Source: Undibacterium sp.
GTDB lineage: Bacteria > Pseudomonadota > Gammaproteobacteria > Burkholderiales > Burkholderiaceae_D
DNA length: 64,000 nt
Reading direction: 5' to 3' (one strand)
NCBI RefSeq assembly: GCF_035487495.1
Contig: NZ_DATHMC010000181.1
Shown: positions 22,536 through 33,339 of the stretch, piece after piece
How the letters are laid out: every line of letters starts with the position of its first letter
Numbering within the stretch: position 1 is the stretch's first letter
The notes under the pieces: generated by a model
What the model saw: the letters and a program-made list of their open reading frames with translations, nothing else
What the model was told of the DNA's origin: nothing
Database searches by the model: none
Position numbers and translations under genes: made by a program

Positions 22536-24161
22536 ATGAAAATCCTGCCGACCAACAAACTGTGGCTGCCCGGCCTAGCGCTGGCGGCCATCGCCACCTA
22601 CGGCATCAGCCGCAGCCAGCTGCTGGATCGGCAAGCGGGCCGTCTGTTTACTGCCGCGCTGCTGGCCCTGGCGTATCTGGCTTTTTGTTTCGTCACCTAT
22701 ATCAAGAGCCGGAACAAGCATCGCCGAGCATTGCAATTGACGGCAGCGCCTGACGGCGGCAGCGGCCAGGCGCTTACACTGGTGGCCTATGCCAGCCAGA
22801 CCGGCTACGCCGAGCAGATCGCCTTGCAAACGGCGCAGGCGCTGCAGGCGGGCGGCATGCCGGTGCAATTGCTATCGCTGGCCAAGCTCGACCGCAATGC
22901 ACTGGCGGCCGCGAGCCGCATCCTGTTCGTCGTCAGCACGACCGGCGAAGGCGATGCGCCCGACAGCGCGGCCGGCTTCGCCCGCAAGCTGATGGGCCAG
23001 CCGCTGCCTTTGGCGCAGCTGCATTACGGCATGCTGGCGCTGGGCGACCGCAGCTATGCGCAATATTGCGCGTTCGGCCACCGGCTGGAACACTGGCTGC
23101 GCCACCAGGGCGCGCAAAACCTGTTCGATACGATAGAAGTGGACAACGGCGACGAAGGCGCGCTGCGCCACTGGCAACACCACCTGGGCGTGTTGAGCGG
23201 CCACACTGAAATGGCTGACTGGAGCGCGCCCTCCTACGCTGCGTGGACCTTGGCCGAGCGCCGTCTGCTGAACCCCGGCAGTGCGGGCGCACCCGCCTTC
23301 CACCTGGGTCTATCCGCGCCTGACGGCCCGACCTGGCAAGCCGGCGACATCGCCGAAATCGGCCCGCGCAATGCGCCGCAACGGGTGCAAAAGCTGATCG
23401 CTCAGCTGCAACTGGAGGCAGTCGCCCCGGTCGTCGATGGCAGCCAGAAAATCGCGCTGGACGCGTGCCTGGCCGACCGCCTGCTGCCGCATGACGCAGC
23501 AGGCGTCGCGGCATTGCAAGGCTTCTCCGCGCAGCAACTGGCGGCTGCGCTGAAGCCGCTGCCGCATCGCGAATACTCGATCGCCTCCATCGCCGGCGAC
23601 GGCAGGCTGGAATTGCTGGTGCGCCAGACGCAACTGGCGAACGGCGAACTCGGTCTGGGCTCAGGCTGGCTGACTGAATATGCGCCGCTGGGCGGCGAGA
23701 TCGCCCTGCGCGTGCGCGAGAACCGCGGCTTCCAGCCGCCGGCCGACGACAGGGCGATGATCTTGATAGGCAACGGCACCGGCCTGGCGGGCCTGCGCGC
23801 GCATCTCAGGGAAAGGGAAAAGCGCGGCCACCGCCGCAACTGGCTGCTGTTCGGCGAACGCAGTGCGGCGCACGACTATTTCCACCGTACCGAGCTGGAG
23901 CGCTGGCTGGCGAATGGCGTGTTGCAGCGGCTGGACCTGGCCTTCTCGCGCGACCAGCAGCACAGGGTGTATGTACAGGACAGGCTCAGCGAACAAGCCG
24001 CCCTGGTGCGCCGCTGGGTCGCCGACGGCGCGGCGATCTATGTCTGCGGCAGCCTGGAAGGCATGGCCGCCGGCGCACACGCCGCGCTAACCGCAATTCT
24101 GGGACAGGAAAAACTGGAACAGATGGCGGAAGACGGCAACTACCGGCGCGACGTGTATTAG
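22536..24161 (+). CDS. Membrane-anchored flavodoxin + FAD/NAD(P)-binding oxidoreductase (CysJ-like)
   Basis: YASQTGYAE, STTGEGD, LGDRSY, REYSIAS, IGNGTGLAG, YVCG and terminal YRRDVY motifs; two N-terminal TM helices. Confidence 0.9.
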   Translation: MKILPTNKLWLPGLALAAIATYGISRSQLLDRQAGRLFTAALLALAYLAFCFVTYIKSRNKHRRALQLTAAPDGGSGQALTLVAYASQTGYAEQIALQTAQALQAGGMPVQLLSLAKLDRNALAAASRILFVVSTTGEGDAPDSAAGFARKLMGQPLPLAQLHYGMLALGDRSYAQYCAFGHRLEHWLRHQGAQNLFDTIEVDNGDEGALRHWQHHLGVLSGHTEMADWSAPSYAAWTLAERRLLNPGSAGAPAFHLGLSAPDGPTWQAGDIAEIGPRNAPQRVQKLIAQLQLEAVAPVVDGSQKIALDACLADRLLPHDAAGVAALQGFSAQQLAAALKPLPHREYSIASIAGDGRLELLVRQTQLANGELGLGSGWLTEYAPLGGEIALRVRENRGFQPPADDRAMILIGNGTGLAGLRAHLREREKRGHRRNWLLFGERSAAHDYFHRTELERWLANGVLQRLDLAFSRDQQHRVYVQDRLSEQAALVRRWVADGAAIYVCGSLEGMAAGAHAALTAILGQEKLEQMAEDGNYRRDVY

Positions 24162-24165
24162 AGCC

Positions 24166-24879
24166 TTACTTCTTTGGACTTTTCTTTTTCAAGGCCAGCT
24201 TCATGAACACCGAAGTGCCGAGTTCAGGCATTTCATCTTCCGCCGAGGCTCTCTTTTTTGCCTTCGGCGCTGGAAAGCGCAACCCATTCGCCTCCACCGA
24301 AAATTCATCGAAAGCCGAAGCCAGGCTGCAGACATCCGAAGTCGCCCTGCGCTTCACCGCACTGGCGGCCCGCCCTTCCGACAGTACCCCGGCGGCCAGT
24401 GCGAGCTCTTTGGTTTTGATTTTTTGCGCGATTTTCTTGAAGATGCCGACACCGTTATCGGACAAGGTCATTTCCAGAAAGCGCGGAGTTTGTTCGACCA
24501 CCACATACAAGCCGCTGGCTTTGGCATGGCGATTCGCGTTGTGGACGATGGAAATGAAACCATTGCGGGCGACTGCAGCGACCTCGTCCGACAAATCCAG
24601 AAAAGGGGCAAACCCCTGCTCCCACAGCACCTTCGCATCGACGCCGGGCAGGCTGTAGCCATCCACCAGCAGGCGGCGCTTGCCCGCCGCAAACAGCGGG
24701 CTGTTGGCGGCACCGCTACGCAACAGGTAACCGTCTTCCACCAATTTTGCGATCACGGTAGACGCTGCGGTGCGGCCGACGCCGAAGTGTTCGGCCAAAG
24801 CCTGCGCCAGATTGCGCGGATGTTCTACTACGGCGCGCGCTGCCCAGGTTGCCGCTTCATCAAAATCTATCTTTGCCAT
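24166..24879 (-). CDS. Winged-helix + HATPase_c-like protein, apparently degenerate or truncated
   Basis: HTH (LAEHFGVGRTAASTVIAKLVEDGYL), N-box-like HNANRH, G1 box SDNGVG and terminal GTSV strand. Confidence 0.65.
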   Translation of the reverse strand: MAKIDFDEAATWAARAVVEHPRNLAQALAEHFGVGRTAASTVIAKLVEDGYLLRSGAANSPLFAAGKRRLLVDGYSLPGVDAKVLWEQGFAPFLDLSDEVAAVARNGFISIVHNANRHAKASGLYVVVEQTPRFLEMTLSDNGVGIFKKIAQKIKTKELALAAGVLSEGRAASAVKRRATSDVCSLASAFDEFSVEANGLRFPAPKAKKRASAEDEMPELGTSVFMKLALKKKSPKK

Positions 24880-25004
24880 TGCTGTTCCGGTTTATTTATA
24901 TGGTGCGCATTGTATCGCAAACGTACATGCGTAGATGTGCAAGCAGGTCGAGTCAGCGAACGGCCACGATGCCTGGTTTATTGCAAATGGTTTATAAAAT
25001 TAGA

Positions 25005-25211
25005 AATTGCTGGCCGGGGGTGGCCCGGCGGCCACTTACTTTCTTTGCTTCGCCAAAGAAGAGTAAGCAAAGAAAGGCGACCGCAAGCCTCGCCCTTCGG
25101 GTTCCCGATTGTGCGGTACAAAAAATGGGAAATGGGCGAAACTCGCTGCGCTCAAACACACCCATTTCTGATCCATTTTCTGTACCGCACAATCGGCGAG
25201 GCTCCGAGCGG
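25005..25211 (+). repeat. About 210-bp structured intergenic repeat, family B, copy 1
   Basis: ATTGCTGGCCGGGGG...CTTTCTTTGCTTCGCCAAAGAAGAGTAAGCAAAGAAAGGCGACC...CCGAGCGG with nested hairpins. Confidence 0.85.
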
Positions 25212-25347
25212 TTGACGGTCAAAGACAAAGTCCAAACCAACGGCAACCAGATTCTCCGATATTAAAAAGAACTTGCCCCGAAAAATTGGGGTGGCTTGAT
25301 TTAGGTATTGGGGTTGCTTTGACGTTGCCGCTGCTGTTGAAGTTAAT

Positions 25348-25571
25348 CCGCTCGGGACGCGGCATTTTGTGCGTTACAGAAAATGGATCAGAAACAGACG
25401 TTGTCTGAGCGTAGCGAGTTTCGTCTGTTTCCCATTTTTTGTCATGCACAAAATGTGATGGCGCTACGCACCATCACCCGTAGGGCAAGTCTGCGGTCGC
25501 CTTTCTTTGCTCACTCTTCTTTGGCGAAGCAAAGAAAGGAAGTAGCCGCCGGGCTACCCCCGGCCAGCAAT
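25348..25571 (-). repeat. About 220-bp structured intergenic repeat, family B, copy 2 (inverted)
   Basis: Reverse complement aligns end to end with 25005-25211. Confidence 0.85.
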
Positions 25572-25627
25572 CTCAAATCACACTAACTTTTAACAAAGCC
25601 AGCAAACAACGCAATAACATCGACAAG

Positions 25628-28600
25628 CTACATATTCCTCCGATACTGCCCACCCACCTCAAACAAGGCGGTAGTAATCTGTCCCAAAGAGCAAACCCGC
25701 GCCGCGTCCATCAGCTTGGCAAATACGTTCTCGTCATGGATCGCCGCCTGCTGCAAGGCTGCCAGCGCCTGCGGCGCGACATCGGCATGGCGCTTATGGA
25801 AATCCGCCAGGCGGGTCAGCTGCGATTGCTTCTCATCGTCGGTAGAACGCGCCAGCTCTATCTTCTGCGGCGTTTCGCCGGCTTTCGGATTGCGGAAGGT
25901 GTTCACGCCGATGATGGGCAGGGTGCCGTCGTGCTTCAGGTGCTCATAGTGCATCGACTCTTCCTGGATCTTGCCGCGCTGGTAGCCGGTTTCCATCGCG
26001 CCGAGCACGCCGCCGCGTTCGGCGATGCGCTCGAATTCCTGCAATACCGCTTCTTCCACCAGGTCGGTCAGCTCTTCGATGATGAAGCTGCCCTGGATGG
26101 GGTTTTCGTTCTTGGCCAGGCCCCATTCGCGGTTGATGATCAGCTGGATCGCCAGCGCGCGGCGGACCGATTCATCGGTAGGCGTGGTGATCGCTTCGTC
26201 ATACGCATTGGTGTGCAGGCTGTTGCAGTTGTCGTAGATCGCGATCAGCGCCTGCAGCGTGGTGCGGATATCGTTGAAGTCGATTTCCTGCGCGTGCAAG
26301 GAACGGCCGCTGGTCTGGATATGGTATTTCAGCTTTTGGCTGCGGTCATTGGCGCCGTACTTGTCGCGCATCGCCACCGCCCACAGCCGGCGGGCGACCC
26401 GGCCCAGCACCGTGTATTCCGGGTCCATGCCGTTGCTGAAGAAGAACGACAGGTTGGCCGCAAAATCGTCGATATGCATGCCGCGCGCCAGATAGGCTTC
26501 GACAAAGGTGAAACCGTTGGACAAGGTGAACGCCAATTGCGAGATCGGGTTCGCGCCGGCCTCGGCAATGTGATAGCCGGAGATCGACACCGAGTAGAAA
26601 TTGCGCACCTGGTGATGCACAAAGTACTCCTGGATGTCGCCCATCACCTTCAGCGAAAATTCGGTCGAGAAGATGCAGGTGTTCTGCCCCTGGTCTTCCT
26701 TCAGGATGTCGGCCTGCACCGTGCCGCGCACGTTTTGCAAGACCCAGGCGCGGATTTTCGCCGCTTCGTCGGCGGTCGCTTCGCGCTTGTTGTCGGCGCG
26801 GAACTTGTCCATCTGCTGGTCGATCGCGGTGTTCATGAAGAAAGCCAGTATCGTCGGCGCCGGGCCGTTGATCGTCATCGACACCGAGGTGGCCGGGTCG
26901 CACAGGTCAAAGCCGTCGTACAGCACCTTCATGTCGTCCAGCGTCGCCACCGACACGCCGGAATTGCCGACCTTGCCGTAGATGTCCGGACGCAGGTCGG
27001 GATCGGCGCCGTACAAGGTGACCGAATCGAACGCAGTGGACAGGCGCTTGGCCGGCATGCCCTGCGATACCAGCTTGAAGCGCTTGTTGGTGCGGAAAGG
27101 ATCGCCCTCGCCGGCAAACATGCGGGTCGGGTCTTCGCCCTCGCGCTTGAACGCGAACACGCCGGCGGTGAACGGGAAAGAACCGGGCACGTTTTCCAGC
27201 ATCAGCCAGCGCAGGATTTCGCCGTGATCGACGAAGCGCGGCAAGGCCACCTTGCGGATCTTGGTGCCGGACAGGCTGTGCTGGGTCAGGCGGGTGCGGA
27301 TTTCCTTGTCGCGGATCTTGACCACGTATTCGTCGCCGGAGTAAGCCGCGAGCATGTCCGGCCACATCGCCAGCAGTTTCTTGGAGCCGGCGTCCATGTG
27401 GCTGTCGCGCTCGGCGATCAAGTCGTCGAAATCGGCGCTCTTGCCGGCCTTGCTCAGCATGCGCTTGCTTTCCTGCAGTTGCTGGCGCTCGCGCGCCAGC
27501 ACTACCTGCCTGCTGGTGAATTTATGGTAATGGCGCATCGTGTCGGCGATCTCGGCCAGGTAGCGGCTGCGCGCCGGCGGCACGATCACATTCTTGCCGC
27601 TGGAGAATTTCACATCCACTGCCGGCAATTTGCCCGGCTTGGCCGGCAAGCCATGCTTGGCCAGCGCCGGCAAGATGCCCTGGTACAAGGCAGTGACGCC
27701 GTCGTCGTTGAAGCGCGACGCCTGCGTGCCATATACCGGCATCTCGTCCGGCTTCTGGTTCCACAGTTCGCGGTTGCGCTGATACTGCTTGGCCACATCG
27801 CGCAACGCGTCCTGCGCGCCCTTGCGGTCGAACTTGTTGATTGCAACGAAATCGGCAAAGTCCAGCATGTCGATTTTTTCCAGTTGCGACGCGGCGCCGA
27901 ATTCCGGCGTCATCACATACATGCTGACATCCACATGCGGCACGATCGCGGCGTCACCCTGGCCTATGCCGGAGGTCTCGATGATCACCAGGTCAAAGCC
28001 GGCCACCTTGCACGCAGCAATCACATCCGGCAAGGCTTGCGAAATTTCGGAACCGGCTTCGCGTGTCGCCAGCGAGCGCATGAAGACCTTGACCTGGCCC
28101 TTCCACGGGTTGATCGCGTTCATGCGGATGCGGTCGCCCAGCAAGGCGCCGCCGGATTTACGACGCGACGGGTCGATCGAGATCAGCGCGATGTTCAGCT
28201 GGTCGTCCTGGTCCAGCCGTATGCGGCGTATCAGCTCGTCGGTCAGTGAGGACTTACCTGCACCGCCGGTGCCGGTAATGCCGAAGGTAGGGATATTGAT
28301 GGTGTCCGCTGTCTGGTGCAACTGGTGCCGCAGTTCAGCCGGTACCCTGTCGTTTTCCAAGGCAGTAATCAGTTGCGCCAGCGGCCGGTGCCTGGCCACC
28401 ATGTCGCCGTCCTGCAAGCTGGCCAGGCCGGTGGGCGCATACGCCGACAAGTCGACGTCGCAGGCCTGTATCATCGCCAGTATCATGCCGACCAAGCCGA
28501 GGCGCTGGCCGTCTTCCGGGCTGAAAATGCGGCTGACGCCATATGCATGCAGATCGGCAATCTCATCCGGTACGATCACGCCGCCGCCGCCACCGAATAC

Positions 28601-28906
28601 CTTGATATGCTCGCCGCCGCGCTGCTTCAGCAGGTCTATCATGTACTTGAAGTATTCGACATGCCCGCCCTGGTAGCTGGAAATCGCTATCCCCTGCGCG
28701 TCTTCCTGCAAGGCGGCAGTGACAATCTCTTCCACCGAGCGGTTATGCCCCAGGTGGATCACTTCCGCGCCGTTTGCCATCAGGATGCGGCGCATGATGT
28801 TGATGGAGGCGTCGTGGCCGTCAAACAGCGAGGCGGCGGTGACGAAGCGTACCTTGTTGGCGGGTTTGTATTCGGTCAGTTTCTGGGCAATCGACAGGTC
28901 GGTCAT
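25628..28906 (-). CDS. icmF: Fused isobutyryl-CoA mutase / GTPase chaperone
   Basis: B12-binding [12 protein letters not shown], MeaB-type GTGGAGKSS, and a mutase domain with RMFAGEG (Phe at the specificity position); 1092 aa. Confidence 0.96.
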   Translation of the reverse strand: MTDLSIAQKLTEYKPANKVRFVTAASLFDGHDASINIMRRILMANGAEVIHLGHNRSVEEIVTAALQEDAQGIAISSYQGGHVEYFKYMIDLLKQRGGEHIKVFGGGGGVIVPDEIADLHAYGVSRIFSPEDGQRLGLVGMILAMIQACDVDLSAYAPTGLASLQDGDMVARHRPLAQLITALENDRVPAELRHQLHQTADTINIPTFGITGTGGAGKSSLTDELIRRIRLDQDDQLNIALISIDPSRRKSGGALLGDRIRMNAINPWKGQVKVFMRSLATREAGSEISQALPDVIAACKVAGFDLVIIETSGIGQGDAAIVPHVDVSMYVMTPEFGAASQLEKIDMLDFADFVAINKFDRKGAQDALRDVAKQYQRNRELWNQKPDEMPVYGTQASRFNDDGVTALYQGILPALAKHGLPAKPGKLPAVDVKFSSGKNVIVPPARSRYLAEIADTMRHYHKFTSRQVVLARERQQLQESKRMLSKAGKSADFDDLIAERDSHMDAGSKKLLAMWPDMLAAYSGDEYVVKIRDKEIRTRLTQHSLSGTKIRKVALPRFVDHGEILRWLMLENVPGSFPFTAGVFAFKREGEDPTRMFAGEGDPFRTNKRFKLVSQGMPAKRLSTAFDSVTLYGADPDLRPDIYGKVGNSGVSVATLDDMKVLYDGFDLCDPATSVSMTINGPAPTILAFFMNTAIDQQMDKFRADNKREATADEAAKIRAWVLQNVRGTVQADILKEDQGQNTCIFSTEFSLKVMGDIQEYFVHHQVRNFYSVSISGYHIAEAGANPISQLAFTLSNGFTFVEAYLARGMHIDDFAANLSFFFSNGMDPEYTVLGRVARRLWAVAMRDKYGANDRSQKLKYHIQTSGRSLHAQEIDFNDIRTTLQALIAIYDNCNSLHTNAYDEAITTPTDESVRRALAIQLIINREWGLAKNENPIQGSFIIEELTDLVEEAVLQEFERIAERGGVLGAMETGYQRGKIQEESMHYEHLKHDGTLPIIGVNTFRNPKAGETPQKIELARSTDDEKQSQLTRLADFHKRHADVAPQALAALQQAAIHDENVFAKLMDAARVCSLGQITTALFEVGGQYRRNM

Positions 28907-29000
28907 TTGTATCCTCGATGGTGTCTCTGTAGTCTCTTTGTTATCTTCTCGGGGCGGATGCGCCCTCGCTAACGGGTTTTGACTCAGGACTTAAGGTATA

Positions 29001-29020
29001 TGACGTTTACGTAAACGTCA
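29001..29020. promoter_or_regulatory. LiuR (MerR-family)-type operator upstream of icmF
   Basis: Perfect 20-bp palindrome TGACGTTTACGTAAACGTCA, readable as two overlapping TKACGT-N2-ACGTMA sites. Confidence 0.75.
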
Positions 29021-29088
29021 ATACGAAATTAAAAAAGCGTTGATGGAGAAGGCAGGCAGGACGATCGCCATCCTGCCTTATCAAAAAT

Positions 29089-32000
29089 TTAAGCTGCGCG
29101 AGCTATCTTACCGGCAACTTTGGCTTGCAGCTTTTGCAGCAGTCCAGCTTTGTCAGCATAGTAGGTTTTCATCGCTTTTTCTTTGACATGGCCAAAGCCG
29201 CGCACTTTTTCCGGCAGGCTGGCCAGTTCGACCGCCAGTTCCAGCTTGTCCTGGCTAAAATCCTTGATCACGGACAGGATCATGTCCTGGTAATCGACGA
29301 TCATCGCGCGCTCCGCCTTACGCTCTTCGGTGTAGCCGAAAATGTCCAGCTTGCTGCCGCGCAATTTCTTGAACTTGGCCAGCAGCTTGAAGGCCTGCCA
29401 CACCCAGGAACCGTATTGCGCCTTGACCAGATGCCCCTGCGCGTCTTTTTTCGAGAACAGCGGCGGCGCCAGGTTGAATTTCAGCGAGAAGTCGCCTTCA
29501 AACTGCTGCTTCAGCTTTTCGGTGAACTGGCCGTCGGTGTACAGGCGCGCCACTTCATACTCGTCCTTGTAGGCCATCAGCTTGAACGCATACTTGGCAA
29601 CCGCGGTCGTCAGCTTATTGCCCAGGGCCAGGCCGGACTCCACCGCGCGCACCTTGCCGATCAGGTCCTGATATTGCTGCGCATACGCGGCATCCTGGTA
29701 ATCGGTCAGGAAGGCTACGCGGCGCTTGATGATGCTGTCCAGGCTTTGCGGCATTTGCACGATCACCGGCTGCGCCGGGATCGCGATTTTTTCCACGCGC
29801 TGCAAATCCACCGCGGCGCGGCGGCCCCACAGGAAGGCCTTCTTGTTGGATTCGATAGCCACGCCGTTCAATTCCACCGCACGCATCAACGCCTGCTCGG
29901 AAACCGGAATCGCACCCTTTTGGTAGGCAAAACCCAGCATGAACAGATTGGTCGCGATCGAATCCCCCATCAAGGCCGTCGCCAGCTTGGTCGCGTCGAT
30001 GAAGTCAGCGTTATTGCCGACCGATTCCACGATCAGTTGTTGCACCGCATCGATGGGAAATTCCCAATCCGGATTCTTGGCAAACGAGCCGGTCGGCTGT
30101 TGATGCGTATTGACGACCGCGCGGGTGCGGCCCGCGCGCATCTTGGAAATCGCATCGTGCGCGCCGGTGGTCAGGATGTCGCAGCCCAATACCAGGTCGG
30201 CCTCGCCGGTGGCGATGCGCTGTGCGCGCAGGCGGGCGGCATTGTCGGCGATGCGGATATGCGAAGTGACCGAACCGTTCTTCTGCGACATACCGGTCAT
30301 GTCCAGCACCGAGACGCCCTTGCCCTCCAAGTGCGCGGCCATGCCGATCAGCGCGCCGATGGTAATCACGCCGGTGCCGCCTATGCCGTTCAGCAGGATA
30401 TTGTACGGCGTGGCGCAGCCGGGAAGCTGCGGCTGCGGCAAGACGCCGAAGCCGTCGTCGGCGTTGTTCTTCGTCACACCGGCCTTGGATTTCTTCAGCT
30501 TGCCGCCTTCTACCGTCACAAAGCTGGGGCAGAAGCCCTTCACGCAGGAATAATCCTTGTTGCAGGAAGACTGGTCGATGGTGCGCTTGCGGCCGAACTC
30601 GGTCTCCAGGGGCATGATCGACGTGCAATTCGACTGCACGCCACAATCGCCGCAGCCTTCGCACACCGCTTCATTGATCACCATGCGCTGGTCGGGGTCG
30701 GGGAACTGGCCCTTCTTGCGGCGGCGGCGCTTTTCGGCGGCGCAGGTCTGGTCGTAGATCAGCACGGTGGCGCCGGGAAGCTCGCGCAATTCGCGCTGTA
30801 CCGCATCCATGTCCTTGCGGTCATGCAGGGTCACCAGCACCGGCAGGCTGGAGCGATCGGTGTAGCGCGACAAGTCCTCGGTCACCAGCGCGATGCGCTG
30901 TATGCCCTCGGCTGCCATCTGCTGCGCCATCATCGGCACGCTGATGGTGCCGTCCACCGGTTGGCCGCCGGTCATCGCGACTGCATCGTTATATAAAATC
31001 TTGTAGGTGATATTCACCTTGGCGGCCACCGCGGCGCGTATCGCCAGGTAGCCGGAGTGGAAATAGGTGCCGTCGCCCAGATTCTGGAACACGTGCGGCA
31101 GGCTGGAAAACGCCGCCTGACCTATCCACGGCGCACCCTCGCCGCCCATATGGGTGGTCAGCTTGTTGAATTCCGGGTAGATCGCGGTTGCCATCACGTG
31201 GCAGCCTATGCCGGCCAGCGCCAGGCTGCCTTCCGGCACCTTGGTCGAGGTGTTGTGCGGGCAGCCGGAGCAATAGTAGGCCGGACGCGGCGGCGTGGTC
31301 ACCGATTTGTTCAGCACTACATCCTTGGCTTCCAGGAAGGCCAGCCTGGCCTTGATCAGGTCGCTGGTGTGGAAGCGCGCGATGCGCGCCGCGATCACGC
31401 GCGCGATCTGCGCCACCGAGAAATCCGCCTTGGAAGTCAGCAGCCATTCGCCGCGCGGCGCGACCCACTCGCCCTTTTCATCGAACTTGCCGATCACGCG
31501 CGGACGCACGTCGTCGCGCCAGTTATACAGCTGTTCCTTCAATTGGTATTCAACGATCTGGCGCTTCTCTTCGACCACCAGGATTTCGTCCAGCCCCTGC
31601 GCAAACTCGCGTACGCCGTCCGGCTCCAGCGGCCACGGCATCGCCACCTTGTACAGGCGAATGCCGATCTCGGCCGCGAATTTCTCATCGATGCCGAGCT
31701 CTTCCATCGCTTCCAGCACATCCAGGTAGGACTTGCCGGACGCGATGATGCCCAGCCGCGCATGCGGACTGTCTATCGTCGTATGGTTCAGCTGGTTGGC
31801 GCGCGCATAGGCCAGCGCCGCATAAATCTTGTAGTCCTGCATCAGCGCTTCCTGCTTGCGCGCCTGTATGCCCAGCGTATCCAGCGACAGCCGCGTATTC
31901 AGGCCGCCTTCCGGCATCACGAAATCTTCGGGAACAGTGATCTTCAGGCGGAACGGGTCGGCGTCCACCGACGAGCTGGATTCCACCGTATCGGCCAGCG

Positions 32001-32700
32001 CCTTGAAGCCCACCGCGCAGCCCGAGAAGCGCGACATCGCCCATGCATGCAAACCCAGGTCCAGGTATTCCTGCACATTGCAGGGATACAGCATGGGGAT
32101 CATGCAGGCGGAAAAGATATGGTCGGACTGGTGCGGCAAGGTCGACGAATAGGCGCCGTGATCGTCGCCGGCCACCAGCAACACGCCGCCGTGTTTCGCA
32201 GTGCCGGCGTGGTTCATGTGCTTGAACACGTCGCCGCAGCGGTCGACGCCGGGCCCCTTGCCGTACCACATCGCGAATACGCCGTCGTATTTGGCCGGGC
32301 CTATCAGGTCCACCGTCTGCGTGCCCCAGACCGCCGTCGCAGCCAGGTCTTCATTGACGCCGGGCACAAACTTGACGTGGCTGGCTTCCAGCAGATTTTT
32401 GGTTTTCCACAAGGTCTCATCCAGGCCGCCCAAAGGAGAACCGCGATAGCCGGAAATAAACCCGGCGGTGTTCAGGCCGGCGGCCAGGTCGCGCTGCCTT
32501 TGTATCATCGGCAGGCGCACCAGCGCCTGTATGCCGGACAGGAAGATCGTGCCGCTGTTCGAAGTATATTTATCGTCGAGGCTGACCGGCGCTAAAGTCG
32601 GCTCGGTCTGATGGGCGATGGGGGCGGTATTGCGGGTGGCAGGTTGCTGGGCAGGCGCGGACGCCAGACCAGCAGATTCCATTGCTGCGTCGGATGACAT
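29089..32700 (-). CDS. Fused indolepyruvate ferredoxin oxidoreductase family protein
   Basis: SGYRGSPLGG, YCSGCPHN, GDGTYFHSG, CEGCGDC ferredoxin motif and GIGGTGV; 1203 aa. Confidence 0.95.
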   Translation of the reverse strand: MSSDAAMESAGLASAPAQQPATRNTAPIAHQTEPTLAPVSLDDKYTSNSGTIFLSGIQALVRLPMIQRQRDLAAGLNTAGFISGYRGSPLGGLDETLWKTKNLLEASHVKFVPGVNEDLAATAVWGTQTVDLIGPAKYDGVFAMWYGKGPGVDRCGDVFKHMNHAGTAKHGGVLLVAGDDHGAYSSTLPHQSDHIFSACMIPMLYPCNVQEYLDLGLHAWAMSRFSGCAVGFKALADTVESSSSVDADPFRLKITVPEDFVMPEGGLNTRLSLDTLGIQARKQEALMQDYKIYAALAYARANQLNHTTIDSPHARLGIIASGKSYLDVLEAMEELGIDEKFAAEIGIRLYKVAMPWPLEPDGVREFAQGLDEILVVEEKRQIVEYQLKEQLYNWRDDVRPRVIGKFDEKGEWVAPRGEWLLTSKADFSVAQIARVIAARIARFHTSDLIKARLAFLEAKDVVLNKSVTTPPRPAYYCSGCPHNTSTKVPEGSLALAGIGCHVMATAIYPEFNKLTTHMGGEGAPWIGQAAFSSLPHVFQNLGDGTYFHSGYLAIRAAVAAKVNITYKILYNDAVAMTGGQPVDGTISVPMMAQQMAAEGIQRIALVTEDLSRYTDRSSLPVLVTLHDRKDMDAVQRELRELPGATVLIYDQTCAAEKRRRRKKGQFPDPDQRMVINEAVCEGCGDCGVQSNCTSIMPLETEFGRKRTIDQSSCNKDYSCVKGFCPSFVTVEGGKLKKSKAGVTKNNADDGFGVLPQPQLPGCATPYNILLNGIGGTGVITIGALIGMAAHLEGKGVSVLDMTGMSQKNGSVTSHIRIADNAARLRAQRIATGEADLVLGCDILTTGAHDAISKMRAGRTRAVVNTHQQPTGSFAKNPDWEFPIDAVQQLIVESVGNNADFIDATKLATALMGDSIATNLFMLGFAYQKGAIPVSEQALMRAVELNGVAIESNKKAFLWGRRAAVDLQRVEKIAIPAQPVIVQMPQSLDSIIKRRVAFLTDYQDAAYAQQYQDLIGKVRAVESGLALGNKLTTAVAKYAFKLMAYKDEYEVARLYTDGQFTEKLKQQFEGDFSLKFNLAPPLFSKKDAQGHLVKAQYGSWVWQAFKLLAKFKKLRGSKLDIFGYTEERKAERAMIVDYQDMILSVIKDFSQDKLELAVELASLPEKVRGFGHVKEKAMKTYYADKAGLLQKLQAKVAGKIARAA

Positions 32701-33339
32701 GTGTACTCCAAAATTTGTGATTTAGTTTGCAAACTGACATTCGTTGCGCCGGGTAAGACGCAAGTTTGCCAATCGTGCAGGGCTGTGATGGCAGCCATTT
32801 TATTCCAATTCGCATCAAAAATAGAAATACTCATGCATCTGCAAAAGCGGGATTGCCGTGTCGCCAACACCGGGTATCGATATTTTCCGTGCAGATTGGA
32901 TGTTCAAAGGAAGCTTCGAATACGGCCGGGCATTGGGCAAAGTGCAATGTGAGCATTTGCCGAAAACCCGGTCCTAGCTGCAGCGCCTCCTCGACTCCCT
33001 TTGAAATCTGCTGTACGGCCAGTGTAGGGCTTGCCGCCGGCGCTGGGAAATATGGAATTTGAATAGGGGTATCACAAAAAGTGATGGCCGCTCAAAAATT
33101 GCCCCATCCCTCCGGCTCGCGCCTGCCCATCGCAGAGCACCTTTGCTTGCAGGCAAAATATCAGCGCATATCGGCTGCGTATCAGCGCCGCGCCATTGCT
33201 GAACGTGCTTGAAAGGCAGGAATTCAGCACCTAAGATGCAATGATCCTAATTTATTGACAAGACCACCGGTACTGCCGCGCCGCAGTCGGGGGGCGGTAA
33301 AAACAATGGGGCTATTCCAGCCCGCTTAGAGAGGCCTCT

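Noticed and set aside
24424-25586. Small ORFs across the 24.9-25.6 kb intergenic region
   Set aside because: They are translations of the family B repeat or antisense to the wHTH-HATPase gene
25736-28249. 837-aa plus-strand ORF, and similar long ORFs at 29125-30996, 31057-32595, 7045-8358, 13274-14566 and 17858-19111
   Set aside because: They are antisense shadows of well-supported genes; high-GC codon bias suppresses stops on the opposite strand, and they have no recognisable motifs
28907-29088. Cobalamin riboswitch expected upstream of B12-dependent icmF
   Set aside because: No B12-box; the short region is explained by the LiuR-type palindrome and a hairpin after IOR
32701-33339. Short ORFs in the IOR-hydrolase intergenic region
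   Set aside because: No convincing RBS, codon bias or family motifs
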